Below are positions 28,052-38,029 of a stretch of DNA of 64,000 nt, piece after piece. Source of the stretch: Nitrospirota bacterium (GTDB lineage: Bacteria; Nitrospirota; Thermodesulfovibrionia; Thermodesulfovibrionales; Dissulfurispiraceae); NCBI GenBank assembly GCA_963710375.1, contig CAVPZX010000002.1:928001-992000 (forward strand), given 5' to 3'. Within the stretch, counting starts at the first letter, position 1, and each line of letters opens with the position of its first letter. The notes beneath the pieces were generated by a model that was not told the origin of the DNA, did no database searches, and saw only the letters and a list, made by a program, of their open reading frames with translations. The position numbers and the translations under genes are program-made.

Positions 28052-30136
28052 ATGCGCGTATTATTGTCGCCTGACGGGGTGTTTATCAAAAGTTTCCTGA
28101 AGTGCTGTAAATTACTGGTATTGCTCACGTTGTGCATGTCAGCCGATACCGGGTACGGTTATGACATCAAGATAGGCGTGCTGGCTGAACGAGGCCCTGA
28201 AAAATGTCAGAAGATGTGGAATCCGACTGCCAATTATTTATCAAAAAAATTGCCGGAATATGCTTTTAAAATAGTTCCTTTGTCATTCGATAATATCTCT
28301 GATGCCGTCATGAATGAAGAGGTCGATTTCCTGCTCGCCAACCCTTTTATTTATTTGAATTTCGAGGTTAAATACGGCATTTCTCACATCGCGACTTTAA
28401 AAAATAAATTATCTGGTGACTATCCTCTTTTGGGCGGTGTAATTTTCACAAGGTCTGATAACCGCCATATATATAAATTGAAGGATTTGGCTGGAAAGAA
28501 GTTCGCAGCCGTAGCCCCGGCTTCATTGGGTGGATGGCTTGCTGCTTTGCGGGAACTGAAAAAGGCAGAGATAGATCCATATAAAGATTTTGCCGGTCTG
28601 CAGTTTACCGGGAACCATGAATCGACAATTTATGCAGTCCTTGAGGGCAAGGCAGACGCCGGAACGGCAAGCACAAACGAGTTTGCAGATTTAATTCGGA
28701 GGGGAAAAATTAAACCTGGGTATTTTCGGATCATTGTTCCCGAATGGATAGGAACATCCAAAGAGTTGCCTTATGGCGTCAGTACGAGACTTTATCCTGA
28801 TTGGCCATTCGCAAAACTGCGCCGGACCCCCGAGGGTTTGGCAACAAATGTGGCTATTGCTCTTTTAGGCATGGGCAGCAACGATGAGGCAGCCCGTGCA
28901 GCCAACTGTTATGGATGGTCCTATCCTCTTAATTATCAGAGTGTTGATGAATTAACCAAAGAACTAAGATTGGGAGGTTACAAGGATTTCGGGGAAATGT
29001 CTGTCAGCAATATCATCTATAAATACAAGACGGCTTTTATTCTGGCTCTGATCTTATTCGTAATTTTATCGATTGTATCTGTTCTTCTGGCACATTTATA
29101 CAGGCGAACTAAACGATCTGAAGGATCGCTCATCAAAAGCGAGAAAAAACTGAAAGATATCACATCTTCTTTAGCTGAGGGCATTTATGTCCTGAATGAA
29201 CAAGGGCATATTATTTTTATGAACCCTGAGGCAGAACATCTTCTGGGATGGACCTTTACGGAATTGTCCGGCAGAAACGCCCACGAGATCATTCATTGCG
29301 GTAAAGCAGATAGTTCCCAATTGTCTTTGGAGGAATGCCCAATGCGTAAGGTTGTCAGGACAGGTATTCCGTTTGTCTCCAGGGATGAGTTTTTTACACG
29401 AAAAGATGGAACTATGTTCCCCATATCTGTCGTTGCCAGCCCCATCGTGGAAAAAGGTAAAGTTGTTGCCGCAGTTACGGCATTCAGGGACATTACCGCG
29501 AGAAAGGAGCTGGAGGAGGCGCTGAGGAGTAACGAGTCCAAATACAGGACATTGCTCGAAAATATCCCTGAAAGAATATTTCTTAAAGACAGGAATTCAG
29601 TTTATATATCCTGCAATCATAATTATGCCCATGATCTCGACATCAGCCCGTCCCAAATTTCTGGAATGACCGATTATGATTTTTATCCTAAAGAAATAGC
29701 TGAAAAGTACAGAGCAGATGATAAGAGAATAATGGAAACAGGGGAAAAAGAAGACATTGAGGAGAAATACATACTGAACGGAAGTGAACATGTCGTTCAT
29801 ACAATAAAGACTCCAGTCATAGATGAAAAGGGGAATATTGCTGCTATATTGGGTGTTTTCCGTGATATCACCATCCGCAAGCATGCGGAAGCTGAACGGG
29901 ACAGGCTGATCGTTGAGCTTAAAGAGGCACTCGCCAAAGTCAAGCAGTTATCCGGATTATTGCCCATATGCGCATCATGCAAAAAAATTCGTAATGACCA
30001 AGGGTATTGGACCCAAATAGAAACATATATCAGCGAACATTCCGAGGCCCTGTTCAGCCATGCAATCTGTCCCGAATGCGGGAAAAACCTGTATCCCGAA
30101 TATTACGACAAAGTATGGGGGAAAAAAGACAAATGA
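28052..30136 (+). CDS. Membrane sensor: PhnD-like periplasmic binding domain, two PAS domains, C-terminal Cys/His motif; no catalytic output domain
   Basis: SLGGW and STRLYPDWPFA, TM, two PAS/PAC, terminal LPICASCKKIRNDQGYW...SHAICPEC. Confidence 0.8.
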   Translation: MRVLLSPDGVFIKSFLKCCKLLVLLTLCMSADTGYGYDIKIGVLAERGPEKCQKMWNPTANYLSKKLPEYAFKIVPLSFDNISDAVMNEEVDFLLANPFIYLNFEVKYGISHIATLKNKLSGDYPLLGGVIFTRSDNRHIYKLKDLAGKKFAAVAPASLGGWLAALRELKKAEIDPYKDFAGLQFTGNHESTIYAVLEGKADAGTASTNEFADLIRRGKIKPGYFRIIVPEWIGTSKELPYGVSTRLYPDWPFAKLRRTPEGLATNVAIALLGMGSNDEAARAANCYGWSYPLNYQSVDELTKELRLGGYKDFGEMSVSNIIYKYKTAFILALILFVILSIVSVLLAHLYRRTKRSEGSLIKSEKKLKDITSSLAEGIYVLNEQGHIIFMNPEAEHLLGWTFTELSGRNAHEIIHCGKADSSQLSLEECPMRKVVRTGIPFVSRDEFFTRKDGTMFPISVVASPIVEKGKVVAAVTAFRDITARKELEEALRSNESKYRTLLENIPERIFLKDRNSVYISCNHNYAHDLDISPSQISGMTDYDFYPKEIAEKYRADDKRIMETGEKEDIEEKYILNGSEHVVHTIKTPVIDEKGNIAAILGVFRDITIRKHAEAERDRLIVELKEALAKVKQLSGLLPICASCKKIRNDQGYWTQIETYISEHSEALFSHAICPECGKNLYPEYYDKVWGKKDK

Positions 30137-30360
30137 ATGATTTTCTTCATCTGATATTTGCCAAAACTATCTTCCTTTTCGGAACAATGTTATCGGTATT
30201 ATCCATAATCCTTAAATTAAATATATCGATCACCTATTAAAAGCGGAATTTAATTAAAATCGCGTAATTTTTACACGGCCATTGGAATTAATCCATATTC
30301 ACGCTGTATAAGATTCCGCGGAAACCGCAATAAATCAAAAAGATAAAACATCGTCTCGCC

Positions 30361-30376
30361 TGGCACAGTCTTTGCT
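30361..30376 (+). promoter_or_regulatory. sigma54 (-24/-12) promoter upstream of cheY
   Basis: TGGCACAGTCTTTGCT matches the TGGCAC-N5-TTGC consensus exactly. Confidence 0.75.
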
Positions 30377-30463
30377 TAACCAGTAAATAAATAGAGAATT
30401 AAGACAGACCGGTTCGACCAGGCAATCATTTCGAAGACCGCAGAATGGGAGGCATTAGACAAA

Positions 30464-30871
30464 ATGTTTAATGAAGACATTAAGGTTCTTGTTGTAGATG
30501 ATTTTCCAACCATGAGAAGGATAGTCACGAATCTCCTCAAGCAGCTTGGGTTTAAATCCATCGCCCAAGCTGAAGATGGGGAACAGGCATTAACAGAACT
30601 CAGAATGGGCGGTTACGGTCTGGTAGTTTCCGACTGGAACATGCCCAATATGGAAGGGATTGAACTGCTCCGGAATATACGCAGGGAGACGGCGCCGTTA
30701 AAAGACATTCCCTTCCTGCTCGTGACTGCCGAGGCTGAAAAAGAAAAAGTTGTTGAGGCGATCAAGTCGGGAGTGGATAACTATATCGTTAAGCCGTTTA
30801 CAGCAGAGGTGCTCAAGGAAAAACTCGAAAAGGTTTCTGAAAGAAAACTTTCTCTGAAGGCGGTTGCTTAA
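30464..30871 (+). CDS. cheY: Chemotaxis response regulator CheY
   Basis: VLVVDDFPTMRRIV, SDWNMPNMEG, LVTAEAEK, YIVKPFTA. Confidence 0.9.
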   Translation: MFNEDIKVLVVDDFPTMRRIVTNLLKQLGFKSIAQAEDGEQALTELRMGGYGLVVSDWNMPNMEGIELLRNIRRETAPLKDIPFLLVTAEAEKEKVVEAIKSGVDNYIVKPFTAEVLKEKLEKVSERKLSLKAVA

Positions 30872-30889
30872 AAAAGGAGAAAATGTGAT

Positions 30890-31087
30890 ATGATTAATTG
30901 TTCTTTTTGGATGGATGGACTCGCTTGGGCAGCAATAAATTGTTGTGGACTCCAATGCCCCAGTGGATGCGTTGCACCTTATTACATTATGGGCGCCGCG
31001 CTGATGATTGCGAGTGTCTTATCGTTGTTCTTTCCAGCGGCGGTTCTGAAATCTAAAATATCCAGCAGCCGGCTATCTGACAGATAA
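30890..31087 (+). CDS. Small Cys-rich membrane hypothetical protein
   Basis: AAGGAG upstream; NCCGLQCPSGC followed by a hydrophobic stretch; fills the gap between cheY and the MCP. Confidence 0.4.
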   Translation: MINCSFWMDGLAWAAINCCGLQCPSGCVAPYYIMGAALMIASVLSLFFPAAVLKSKISSSRLSDR

Positions 31088-31117
31088 TAGGACATCCAAC
31101 ATCATGGGAGATGAGAA

Positions 31118-33088
31118 ATGCTTAAGAATTTAAAAATCGGAGTGAGGTTGGGATTAGGCTTCGGCGTGGTCCTATTTTTAACGGTCATAATCCTGATACT
31201 AGGGCTATACAAAATGGGACAAATCAACGACAAATTGAACCGTGTTGTCAATATCAACAATGTCAAAATGGATAATGCAAATACGGCGGCAAAAGCTATT
31301 TTGAGCATTTCCAATAACTTGAGGATAACTAACAATGATGCTGCTAAAATAGCGCAGAAAGACGCTATAGAGGCCAACAAAAAAATATACGGAGACGCGC
31401 TGGCTAAACTTAAACAGATGGAAGATACGAAAGATGGTATTCAAGCAATTAAAAATGTTGAGGACGCTGTTGTTCCTGCAAAGGATGCCAATGAAAAGTT
31501 CATGGAATTATACATTGCAAATAAAACCGCCGAGGCCGGCGCGGTACTTATGAATGAATCCATCCCTCTGACGCAAAAGATTTCCGACCAATTCGACAAA
31601 TTAATCAAATACGAGCAACAGCGGAATCTAACAAGATATGAGGAGGCAAAACAGGCTTATGGCAATGCTGAGTTATTGATGGTTATTTTTGGTGTCGCTG
31701 CGCTCATAATAGGTATAACAATCTCGATAGTTACCTCACGTCTGATAACTGTTCCTCTGCGCGACATAATAGGTAAGGTAGAGGAGTTGGCGGGCGGCAA
31801 TCTGCGGGTGTCAATCGACAGCGGCAGAGGCGATGAAATCGGCAGCCTTTCCCGCAGTATGGGCAGAATGGTTCAATCTTTTAACCAGATGATCAATCAT
31901 ATCCTTGTCTCTGCCAACAGTGTAGCGTTGACAGTGGATGTGCTGAGGATCGATGCGGACAAATCGGCGGAAGGCGCAAAGGAACAGTCGGGCCAGGCGG
32001 CCCAGATCGCGACGGCAGCAGAGGAGATGAGTCAGACTATCTCCGATATTGCCCGGAACGCGTCGGTATCATCAGACACCTCTGCTGAAGCCATGAATTT
32101 GGCAAGGAGCGGGCAGGAGGTCGCGAACAATGCTGTAGAAACAGTGAACAGGGTCTACACCTCGACTGTGGAGCTTGCGACCATGGTCGAAAAACTCAAC
32201 AGCAGGTCATCGGAGATCGGGGATATCATAACCGTGATCAAAGATATTGCAGATCAGACGAATCTCCTCGCATTGAACGCGGCGATAGAAGCGGCCAGGG
32301 CAGGGGAACAGGGAAGGGGATTCGCCGTTGTTGCTGATGAGGTGAGAAAGCTGGCGGAAAGGACGATCAAAGCGACGACCGAGATCTCCGATAAAATCGG
32401 GGCGGTGCAGACCGAATCTACGCATACACAAAAGTCCATGTCCGAAGCATCGGAAGAGGTGACAAAAGCGACCCAATACATCCGGAACGTTGGGGATTCC
32501 CTTGAGTCCATTGTTGGCGCGGTGCAGAATGTGCGCGATCAGATCAACCAGATAGCAACTGCTGTGGACGAGCAGTCTGCTGCGTCGGAAGAGGTGGCGA
32601 AAAATATAGAGAAGACCTCGAACATTGCAAAAGAAATGGAGAGCACTTCGGAGGAGGTTATGACCTCGGTAAACGGGCTGCTCAATATCGCGGAGGAATT
32701 AAGGGGAGCGGCAGGAGTCTTTGTTACCGAAGGCGGCCAATTGATCATGTGCGATACGGCGAGGCTGGATCACAGGATGTTCGTCGCCAAGGTAAGCGCA
32801 CACCTGAAAGGAACCATGAAACTCGATGCCTCAAAACTGCCTGATCATCATAAGTGCAGGTTTGGGAAATGGTACGATACCCTCGGGCATGAGCTTTGCG
32901 GAAATTTGCCCAGTTATAAAACAATTAATGCGCCGCATGAGAGGATACACGCGCTGGCAAAGGATGCTGTTACTGCGTACAGTTCGGGAGATAATGAAAA
33001 AGCATTGCGGATATATGGAGAGATGGAATCAGTCTCAAAACAGATCACAGATCTTCTCGAAAATATTAAGAGGGAATCTGCAGGATAA
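31118..33088 (+). CDS. Methyl-accepting chemotaxis protein with C-terminal CZB (chemoreceptor zinc-binding) domain
   Basis: MCP hairpin motif; C-terminal DH...[11 protein letters not shown]...PHERIH. Confidence 0.9.
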   Translation: MLKNLKIGVRLGLGFGVVLFLTVIILILGLYKMGQINDKLNRVVNINNVKMDNANTAAKAILSISNNLRITNNDAAKIAQKDAIEANKKIYGDALAKLKQMEDTKDGIQAIKNVEDAVVPAKDANEKFMELYIANKTAEAGAVLMNESIPLTQKISDQFDKLIKYEQQRNLTRYEEAKQAYGNAELLMVIFGVAALIIGITISIVTSRLITVPLRDIIGKVEELAGGNLRVSIDSGRGDEIGSLSRSMGRMVQSFNQMINHILVSANSVALTVDVLRIDADKSAEGAKEQSGQAAQIATAAEEMSQTISDIARNASVSSDTSAEAMNLARSGQEVANNAVETVNRVYTSTVELATMVEKLNSRSSEIGDIITVIKDIADQTNLLALNAAIEAARAGEQGRGFAVVADEVRKLAERTIKATTEISDKIGAVQTESTHTQKSMSEASEEVTKATQYIRNVGDSLESIVGAVQNVRDQINQIATAVDEQSAASEEVAKNIEKTSNIAKEMESTSEEVMTSVNGLLNIAEELRGAAGVFVTEGGQLIMCDTARLDHRMFVAKVSAHLKGTMKLDASKLPDHHKCRFGKWYDTLGHELCGNLPSYKTINAPHERIHALAKDAVTAYSSGDNEKALRIYGEMESVSKQITDLLENIKRESAG

Positions 33089-33095
33089 AAGTTCG

Positions 33096-33277
33096 CATTA
33101 TTGATAAATTTATACAAGGATCAGGCGGGACATGGTGATGAGCGGACTTTGACAGCCTAAGTGACACCAAGGATGGTGACACAGGCTGTCATAGCCTCGG
33201 AGCAAGGCCGGATGCCTTGCGAGAATGAGACGAAGCACTGTGGCCTGACTGATCCTTGTATAAATTTATCAATAATG
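33096..33277 (+). mobile_element. MITE family A, complete copy (182 bp) with 29-bp perfect terminal inverted repeats
   Basis: CATTATTGATAAATTTATACAAGGATCAG (33096-33124) and its exact reverse complement (33249-33277); internal TGACAGCCT...AGGCTGTCA stem; second copy at 18889-19031. Confidence 0.8.
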
Positions 33278-33862
33278 TGCGCTACTACTTATGCCGAATT
33301 GTTTAAGACATGATTTTAGTGCGTTCAGGGGCAATCCGATTACATTAAAATAATCACCTTCGATCCTGCGGACAAAAATAGATCCGAGCCCCTGTATAGC
33401 ATATGCCCCGGCTTTGTCCAGTGGCTCCCCGCTCCTTACGTATGCATTGATTTCCCTCATGGTGAGCTTATCGAAATACACCTTTGTTTCAACTGACCGT
33501 GAAATGCACTTTCCGGTGCGGGTGTCGATAATAGTAAAACCGGTAATGACTTTATGCACTCTGCCGCTGAGGGCTCCAAGCATCTCCCTGGCTCGAACAG
33601 GCGTATTGGGCTTTCCCATAATCTTGTTCCTGAGGATAATGAATGTGTCAGCAGCGATAATAACGGCGTCACGGTATTTTCCGGCAGCGATGCGGGCCTT
33701 TTTTTCAGATAAAACCCTCGACAGTCTGCGTGGAGATAAGCGGATATTCATGTTCTCTTCGCAAATGACTGGATCAACTTTAAAAGGCAAGCCGGTCAAC
33801 CGCAATAGATCTCTTCTTCGCTGCGACGCAGACGCAAGTATGATTTGTCTTGTCCTATGCAT
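33269..33862 (-). CDS. maf: Maf family nucleoside-triphosphate pyrophosphatase
   Basis: IILASASQRR, IAADT, GKP, LDKAGAYAIQG, NVIGLP. Confidence 0.9.
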   Translation of the reverse strand: MHRTRQIILASASQRRRDLLRLTGLPFKVDPVICEENMNIRLSPRRLSRVLSEKKARIAAGKYRDAVIIAADTFIILRNKIMGKPNTPVRAREMLGALSGRVHKVITGFTIIDTRTGKCISRSVETKVYFDKLTMREINAYVRSGEPLDKAGAYAIQGLGSIFVRRIEGDYFNVIGLPLNALKSCLKQFGISSSAHY

Positions 33863-35046
33863 ACTGGCCTGCCGCATAACCTGAAGACCACGCCCACTGC
33901 AGGTTATAGCCTCCCAGCTGCCCCGTCACATCAATGACCTCACCGGCAAAATAGAGGCCATGCACTTTTTTGGATTCCATGGTTTTTGACGAGAGTTCGT
34001 CAGTATCCACCCCCCCTGCCGTGACTTCTGCTGTACTGTAGTCTTCAGTCCCGGCAGGAATAATTTCCCAGTTATGGATATGTCGTGAGACCTTTAACAG
34101 CTCCCTTTTGTTATATCGGCATATCGGCCTTAAATAACCATATCGCTCACACCAATAACGCGCAAACCGTTTGGGCAGGAATTGAGAAAGCAGTGTAGGT
34201 ATTTCCATTGTGCTGTGCTGTTTTGACTCAAATACTTCCTGCACATCGATTGCAGGTACCAAATCGATTGCAAGGGCATCACCCTTGTTCCAGTAAGCTG
34301 AAGCCTGGAGCATGGCAGGACCGCTCAGCCCTCTATGCGTAAACAGTATGCCGCCCTGAAACTCCTTCCTGTTGCATCTGACAAGGGCTTCAAAAGAAAT
34401 ACCGCTTAATTCACCGAAACCGGCTGAATCCGGCGGGCCGAAGACAAACGGGACCAGTGCAGGCTTCACTTCAATAACATTAATGCCGAACTGTCGGGCT
34501 ATCTTGTAACCCAATCCTGTTGCGCCGAGTTTGGGATATGACAATCCACCGGTAGCGGCCACCAGGGAAGTGGAAATAAATGTCCCCTTATCAGTGATAA
34601 CAGTAAACGCCTGCTCCTTGCCTACAGAAGAGATATGGCAGTTTAATAGCACTTGTGCTCCGGCTTCGGAGCATTCTTCGGCGAGCATTTTTAGTATTTC
34701 AAGAGAGGCTCCTAACGCAGAACAGTTGCCCTTGTTCGCGTTCTTCATAAGCAATGCCGTGCCTCTCCAGCATCGCGATAAAATCATGCACACTAAAACG
34801 GGCCAGTGCGGATTTACAGAAACGGGGGTTGCGTGATATATAGTTATGATGGTCTGCTGCGGTATTGCTGAAGTTGCAGCGGCCGCCTCCTGAGATGCGT
34901 ATCTTTTTCCCTATGCTGCCGGCATGATCGGCAACCAGAACCGACCGGCCTCTTTTGCCCGATTCAATTGCAGCCATAAGCCCTGCTGCGCCGGCTCCGA
35001 TGACAATAGTATCATAAACAGTTACTGCAGTTTCACCTTTTGCCAC
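33855..35046 (-). CDS. HI0933/YhiN/BaiN-family flavoprotein; one-base insertion at ~34708, probably an artefact
   Basis: N-part IGAGAAG, GKKIRISGGGRCNF; C-part ATGGLSYPKLGATG, LFTHRGLSGP, GQLGGYNLQWAWSSG; joined by reading AGCCT as AGCT on the minus strand. Confidence 0.85.
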
Positions 35047-35993
35047 GTCTTGTCAGGGTCATACTTTGTAATTGCTTTTGCAGCCTCTTCTGTCTTGGGC
35101 CCCAGGTCCTTCTGGTATATAATGCCCTGCTGGTTTACTACAAAGGTCATGATTCCTGACACCCCGTACTGTGCAGGGTATGCCAGCAGACCGAAGCCGC
35201 CTGTCATCTTGCCGTTGATAACATAATCCATTTCACCACCAGGCGCGCTGCTGCCCTGACTTTTCAGGATATGGAAATAATACCCGTGGTACGGGACTCG
35301 CTTCTCGCCAGGTTTCCGGGGAGTGTAACCCTCTTCCGTGGCACGGGCAACCATCGGTCCCAGAGGACTCTCCTCCTCCCCTGGCCCTGCTTCCCAATAC
35401 AAGCCATCCTTTTTGCCCTCATGGCTTCTAAATCTTTGAGCGTATTGCAATACCCCGCTGCCATCACGGTCCTTGATGACATATTCACGTTGAGCATTCA
35501 CATAATTATGAGAAACCTGGATGGTATTTAATTCGTTCCTGCCTATTCTCCGATTCAATATCTCCTGTCTGCCCTCTTCGGTTGAAAACACCCATTGCCG
35601 CCCTGATCTCACGATAGGTATGGGGAAAGAACATGCATTTTTCCCGATAATCGGCAGAACGGTTTTGTTGTCGAGCTTCGAAAATTTCACCGCTTCATCT
35701 GCTGCCTTAACAAACCGTGCACGGGCAACACTGTCGGCAACCGCATCACCGGAGGATATAAGATCTTTGCCCTCGGGTCCGAAGATGGCGAGTAATTCCT
35801 TGGTATCATTTGTCCTGGTAGCTTGTATTAATGCACTGAATGCATCTTTCGGAGACTTGAACTTCTCCTGCTTTGTGACTTGATCAGACGCAAGACATGT
35901 GACGGCAGATACTGCAACTATCACAGCTATCAGAACCCCTAACGTATAACAGCGCAGGGAAATGATTTCTGATTTTAATAAATATCTAAACAC
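35022..35993 (-). CDS. DUF2950 family exported protein
   Basis: RRIGRNEL, YVNAQREY, KKDGLYW, SPLGP, YHGYYF, AYPAQYGVSGIMTFVVNQQG, QKDLG. Confidence 0.8.
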   Translation of the reverse strand: MFRYLLKSEIISLRCYTLGVLIAVIVAVSAVTCLASDQVTKQEKFKSPKDAFSALIQATRTNDTKELLAIFGPEGKDLISSGDAVADSVARARFVKAADEAVKFSKLDNKTVLPIIGKNACSFPIPIVRSGRQWVFSTEEGRQEILNRRIGRNELNTIQVSHNYVNAQREYVIKDRDGSGVLQYAQRFRSHEGKKDGLYWEAGPGEEESPLGPMVARATEEGYTPRKPGEKRVPYHGYYFHILKSQGSSAPGGEMDYVINGKMTGGFGLLAYPAQYGVSGIMTFVVNQQGIIYQKDLGPKTEEAAKAITKYDPDKTWQKVKLQ

Positions 35994-36022
35994 TATTATT
36001 CCCTCCGTTTTTCAGCAATCTA

Positions 36023-37198
36023 TTACCGCCTTCCGCCACCACCGCCATGGAATCCTCCTCCGCCGCCACCACCTCGGGCACCCCCACCAGCGCCAATGGA
36101 ACTTCCGCCTGCATGACCACCACTAACCTGGCCGGCACTTGTGCGGCTTTGGAATCCGCGGTCACTCGCTGCACGCTCAGACTGGCTGTTAACAGAGTGC
36201 TCAAAGGCACTTGACCGAGTTCCGGCAGGGTTTTGAGTCACCCCATAGCCTCGTAATTCCCGGCCTGCCGCTGCCCCGGCACTGACGGGACGTTCCCGGC
36301 CTGCCGCTGCCCCGGCACTGACGGGACGTTCCCGGCCTGCCGCTGCCCCGGCACTGACGGGACGTTCCCGGCCTGCCACTGCCCCGGCACCGACGGGATG
36401 TTCCCGGCCTGCCGCTGCCCCGGCACCGACGGGATGTTCCCGGCCTCCACTGACAAAAGCCTGCGCCCCGCCGCGAAATCTGTTAGCGGGGTCAATTCGC
36501 CCTATCTTGCCTGTTGCGGGATTGTGGAAATGATTGGTGATAAACCCATCGTGCCCACGGTGATGATGGTCATGATGTCCATGACCATGAATACTGACGT
36601 TAAAGTCTGCCAGGACAAAGAACCCTGGAAACCAGAAATCCGCCCACCAAAACGGATAAGGAACCCATGTATACAAATATGCATCATCAGGAGGCGGAGC
36701 ATAGTAGGTGACCACAGGGGGCCCCTCAGTGGAGTAATAATTCTCTATTGCTGTTGTGTCAGGATAACTCGGCGCAGCTGCCTCAGCAGGCCCATTACCT
36801 GAAATATCCGGCGTTATAGGCAGGTTTTCCCCACTTATAATCCCCTGAAATGTCTTCAGTGCCGCATCTTTCCCAACACCTAATTTCCCTGAGTCTGCCG
36901 CTGCACTAATAGATGCCTGCAATTCTCCGATAATATCAGGAGTGGCCGGGTAATCGGCGATCCAGCCGTTGCGCGGACTTATGCCGATTGAGCTCAACTC
37001 GTCCTCAGCCTCAGCCTCGTTTTTTGGCGCACCCACCTTAAGTCCCTCAGCCAGATCTATAGCCAAGTCTCCTTCTCTGATCAACGCCTGTGATAATAAG
37101 GTATTTGCTGCTGACGGTTGGTCATCCTGAGCACTTGATAAGGTTGGGATCAAAGCAGTAGCCATTAATATAATTAGTGAAATTAACAAGCCTTTCAT
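36023..37198 (-). CDS. Exported hypothetical protein with His-rich segment, 12-aa tandem repeats and Gly-rich tail
   Basis: Signal peptide, GISPRNGWIADYP, YYAPPP...WVPYPFWW, HGHGHHDHHHRGH, five GRE(H/R)PV(G/S)AGA(A/V)A repeats. Confidence 0.7.
   Translation of the reverse strand: MKGLLISLIILMATALIPTLSSAQDDQPSAANTLLSQALIREGDLAIDLAEGLKVGAPKNEAEAEDELSSIGISPRNGWIADYPATPDIIGELQASISAAADSGKLGVGKDAALKTFQGIISGENLPITPDISGNGPAEAAAPSYPDTTAIENYYSTEGPPVVTYYAPPPDDAYLYTWVPYPFWWADFWFPGFFVLADFNVSIHGHGHHDHHHRGHDGFITNHFHNPATGKIGRIDPANRFRGGAQAFVSGGREHPVGAGAAAGREHPVGAGAVAGRERPVSAGAAAGRERPVSAGAAAGRERPVSAGAAAGRELRGYGVTQNPAGTRSSAFEHSVNSQSERAASDRGFQSRTSAGQVSGGHAGGSSIGAGGGARGGGGGGGFHGGGGGRR
36257..36446. repeat. 36-bp coding tandem repeat, 5 full units plus a partial unit
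   Basis: Unit TTCCCGGCCTGCCGCTGCCCCGGCACTGACGGGACG head-to-tail with no spacers; in frame in ORF 36023-37198. Confidence 0.9.
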
Positions 37199-37243
37199 CT
37201 TTGCCCCTCCCCGCTCCATAACTATATTATAGTATAAATCCCA

Positions 37244-37711
37244 TCAGTCAAGCTGTTCCACCAGGTAATTCGGCAGCCCCATTTGTTTAATCTGGTCAAG
37301 CTGGGCCTCGATCAAGTCAATGTGGTCTTCTTCCTCTTTCAGGATCGACTCCAGGAGTTCGCGTGTACCGTTGTCTCCCACCTCCACCGACAGCCGGATG
37401 CTCTCGTTGTATCCGCTGATGGCCCCTTCCTCTGCCTCGTGGTCATTCTGATGCATTTTTGGAATTTCAGCGCCGATATGCATCTTGTTCAGGTTGCTGA
37501 CAATAGGAATACCTTCGAGGAAGAGGATGCGGGCGATGAGCTTCTCGGCGTGTTTCATCTCGTCTATGGCCCTCTTCTGGATCATCTCGTCCAGCCGCGT
37601 GTACTTCCAGTTGTCGCACATCTCGGCGTGGACCATATACTGACTGATAGCAGTAAGCTCTTCGGCCAGGCGCGCGTTCAGAGTCTTGATGACCTTTTCA
37701 TTCCCTTTCAT
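37244..37711 (-). CDS. bfr: Bacterioferritin
   Basis: MKGNEKVI, ELTAISQYMVH, DEMKHAEKLIARILFLEG, EEEDHIDLIE. Confidence 0.9.
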   Translation of the reverse strand: MKGNEKVIKTLNARLAEELTAISQYMVHAEMCDNWKYTRLDEMIQKRAIDEMKHAEKLIARILFLEGIPIVSNLNKMHIGAEIPKMHQNDHEAEEGAISGYNESIRLSVEVGDNGTRELLESILKEEEDHIDLIEAQLDQIKQMGLPNYLVEQLD

Positions 37712-37764
37712 ACATAACCTCCAGTGTGCATCAATAATCAAATCAACCCGGCGGAAACCGCCTT

Positions 37765-37927
37765 AGTGTTTCAATTCATAAATACGGTGTCGTACCGAGA
37801 GCGTCGATGCGCCGCGCCAGCGAGGCGCACGACTGAGGCGTACCGTTGCGTACGGCGAAGGAGCGCAACAAAACTGGAGCGGATGCAGCGGCGCTCGAAT
37901 GCAACCGTATTTATGAATTGAGACACT
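37765..37927. mobile_element. MITE family B (163 bp) with 24-bp terminal inverted repeats
   Basis: AGTGTTTCAATTCATAAATACGGT (37765-37788) versus ACCGTATTTATGAATTGAGACACT (37904-37927), 1 mismatch; GC-rich structured interior. Confidence 0.75.
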
Positions 37928-38029
37928 CATTATGGCATTTTAAAATATGGCACTCTCATTCATAAATAATTGTAGCAGATATCTCACAGAGGTCAAGGAA
38001 GCAATACTTCGGGGGGGTGATAGGGCTTG

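Noticed and set aside
30137..30463. Cyclic-dinucleotide riboswitch upstream of cheY
   Set aside because: A short GCGGAAACCGC hairpin is present, but I could not find the rest of the two-stem consensus.
25530..32360. DNA similarity between the two MCP genes as a recent duplication
   Set aside because: Similarity is confined to the universally conserved signalling hairpin and the N-terminal start; the sensor domains are divergent.
18889..33277. Autonomous composite transposon
   Set aside because: There is no transposase, the left copy lacks its outer TIR, and no target-site duplication is evident.
36257..36446. 36-bp repeats as a CRISPR array
   Set aside because: The units are head-to-tail with no spacers, are in frame within a protein, and no cas genes are present.
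37724..37921. 65-aa ORF upstream of bfr
   Set aside because: It lies almost entirely within MITE family B and has no protein-like features.
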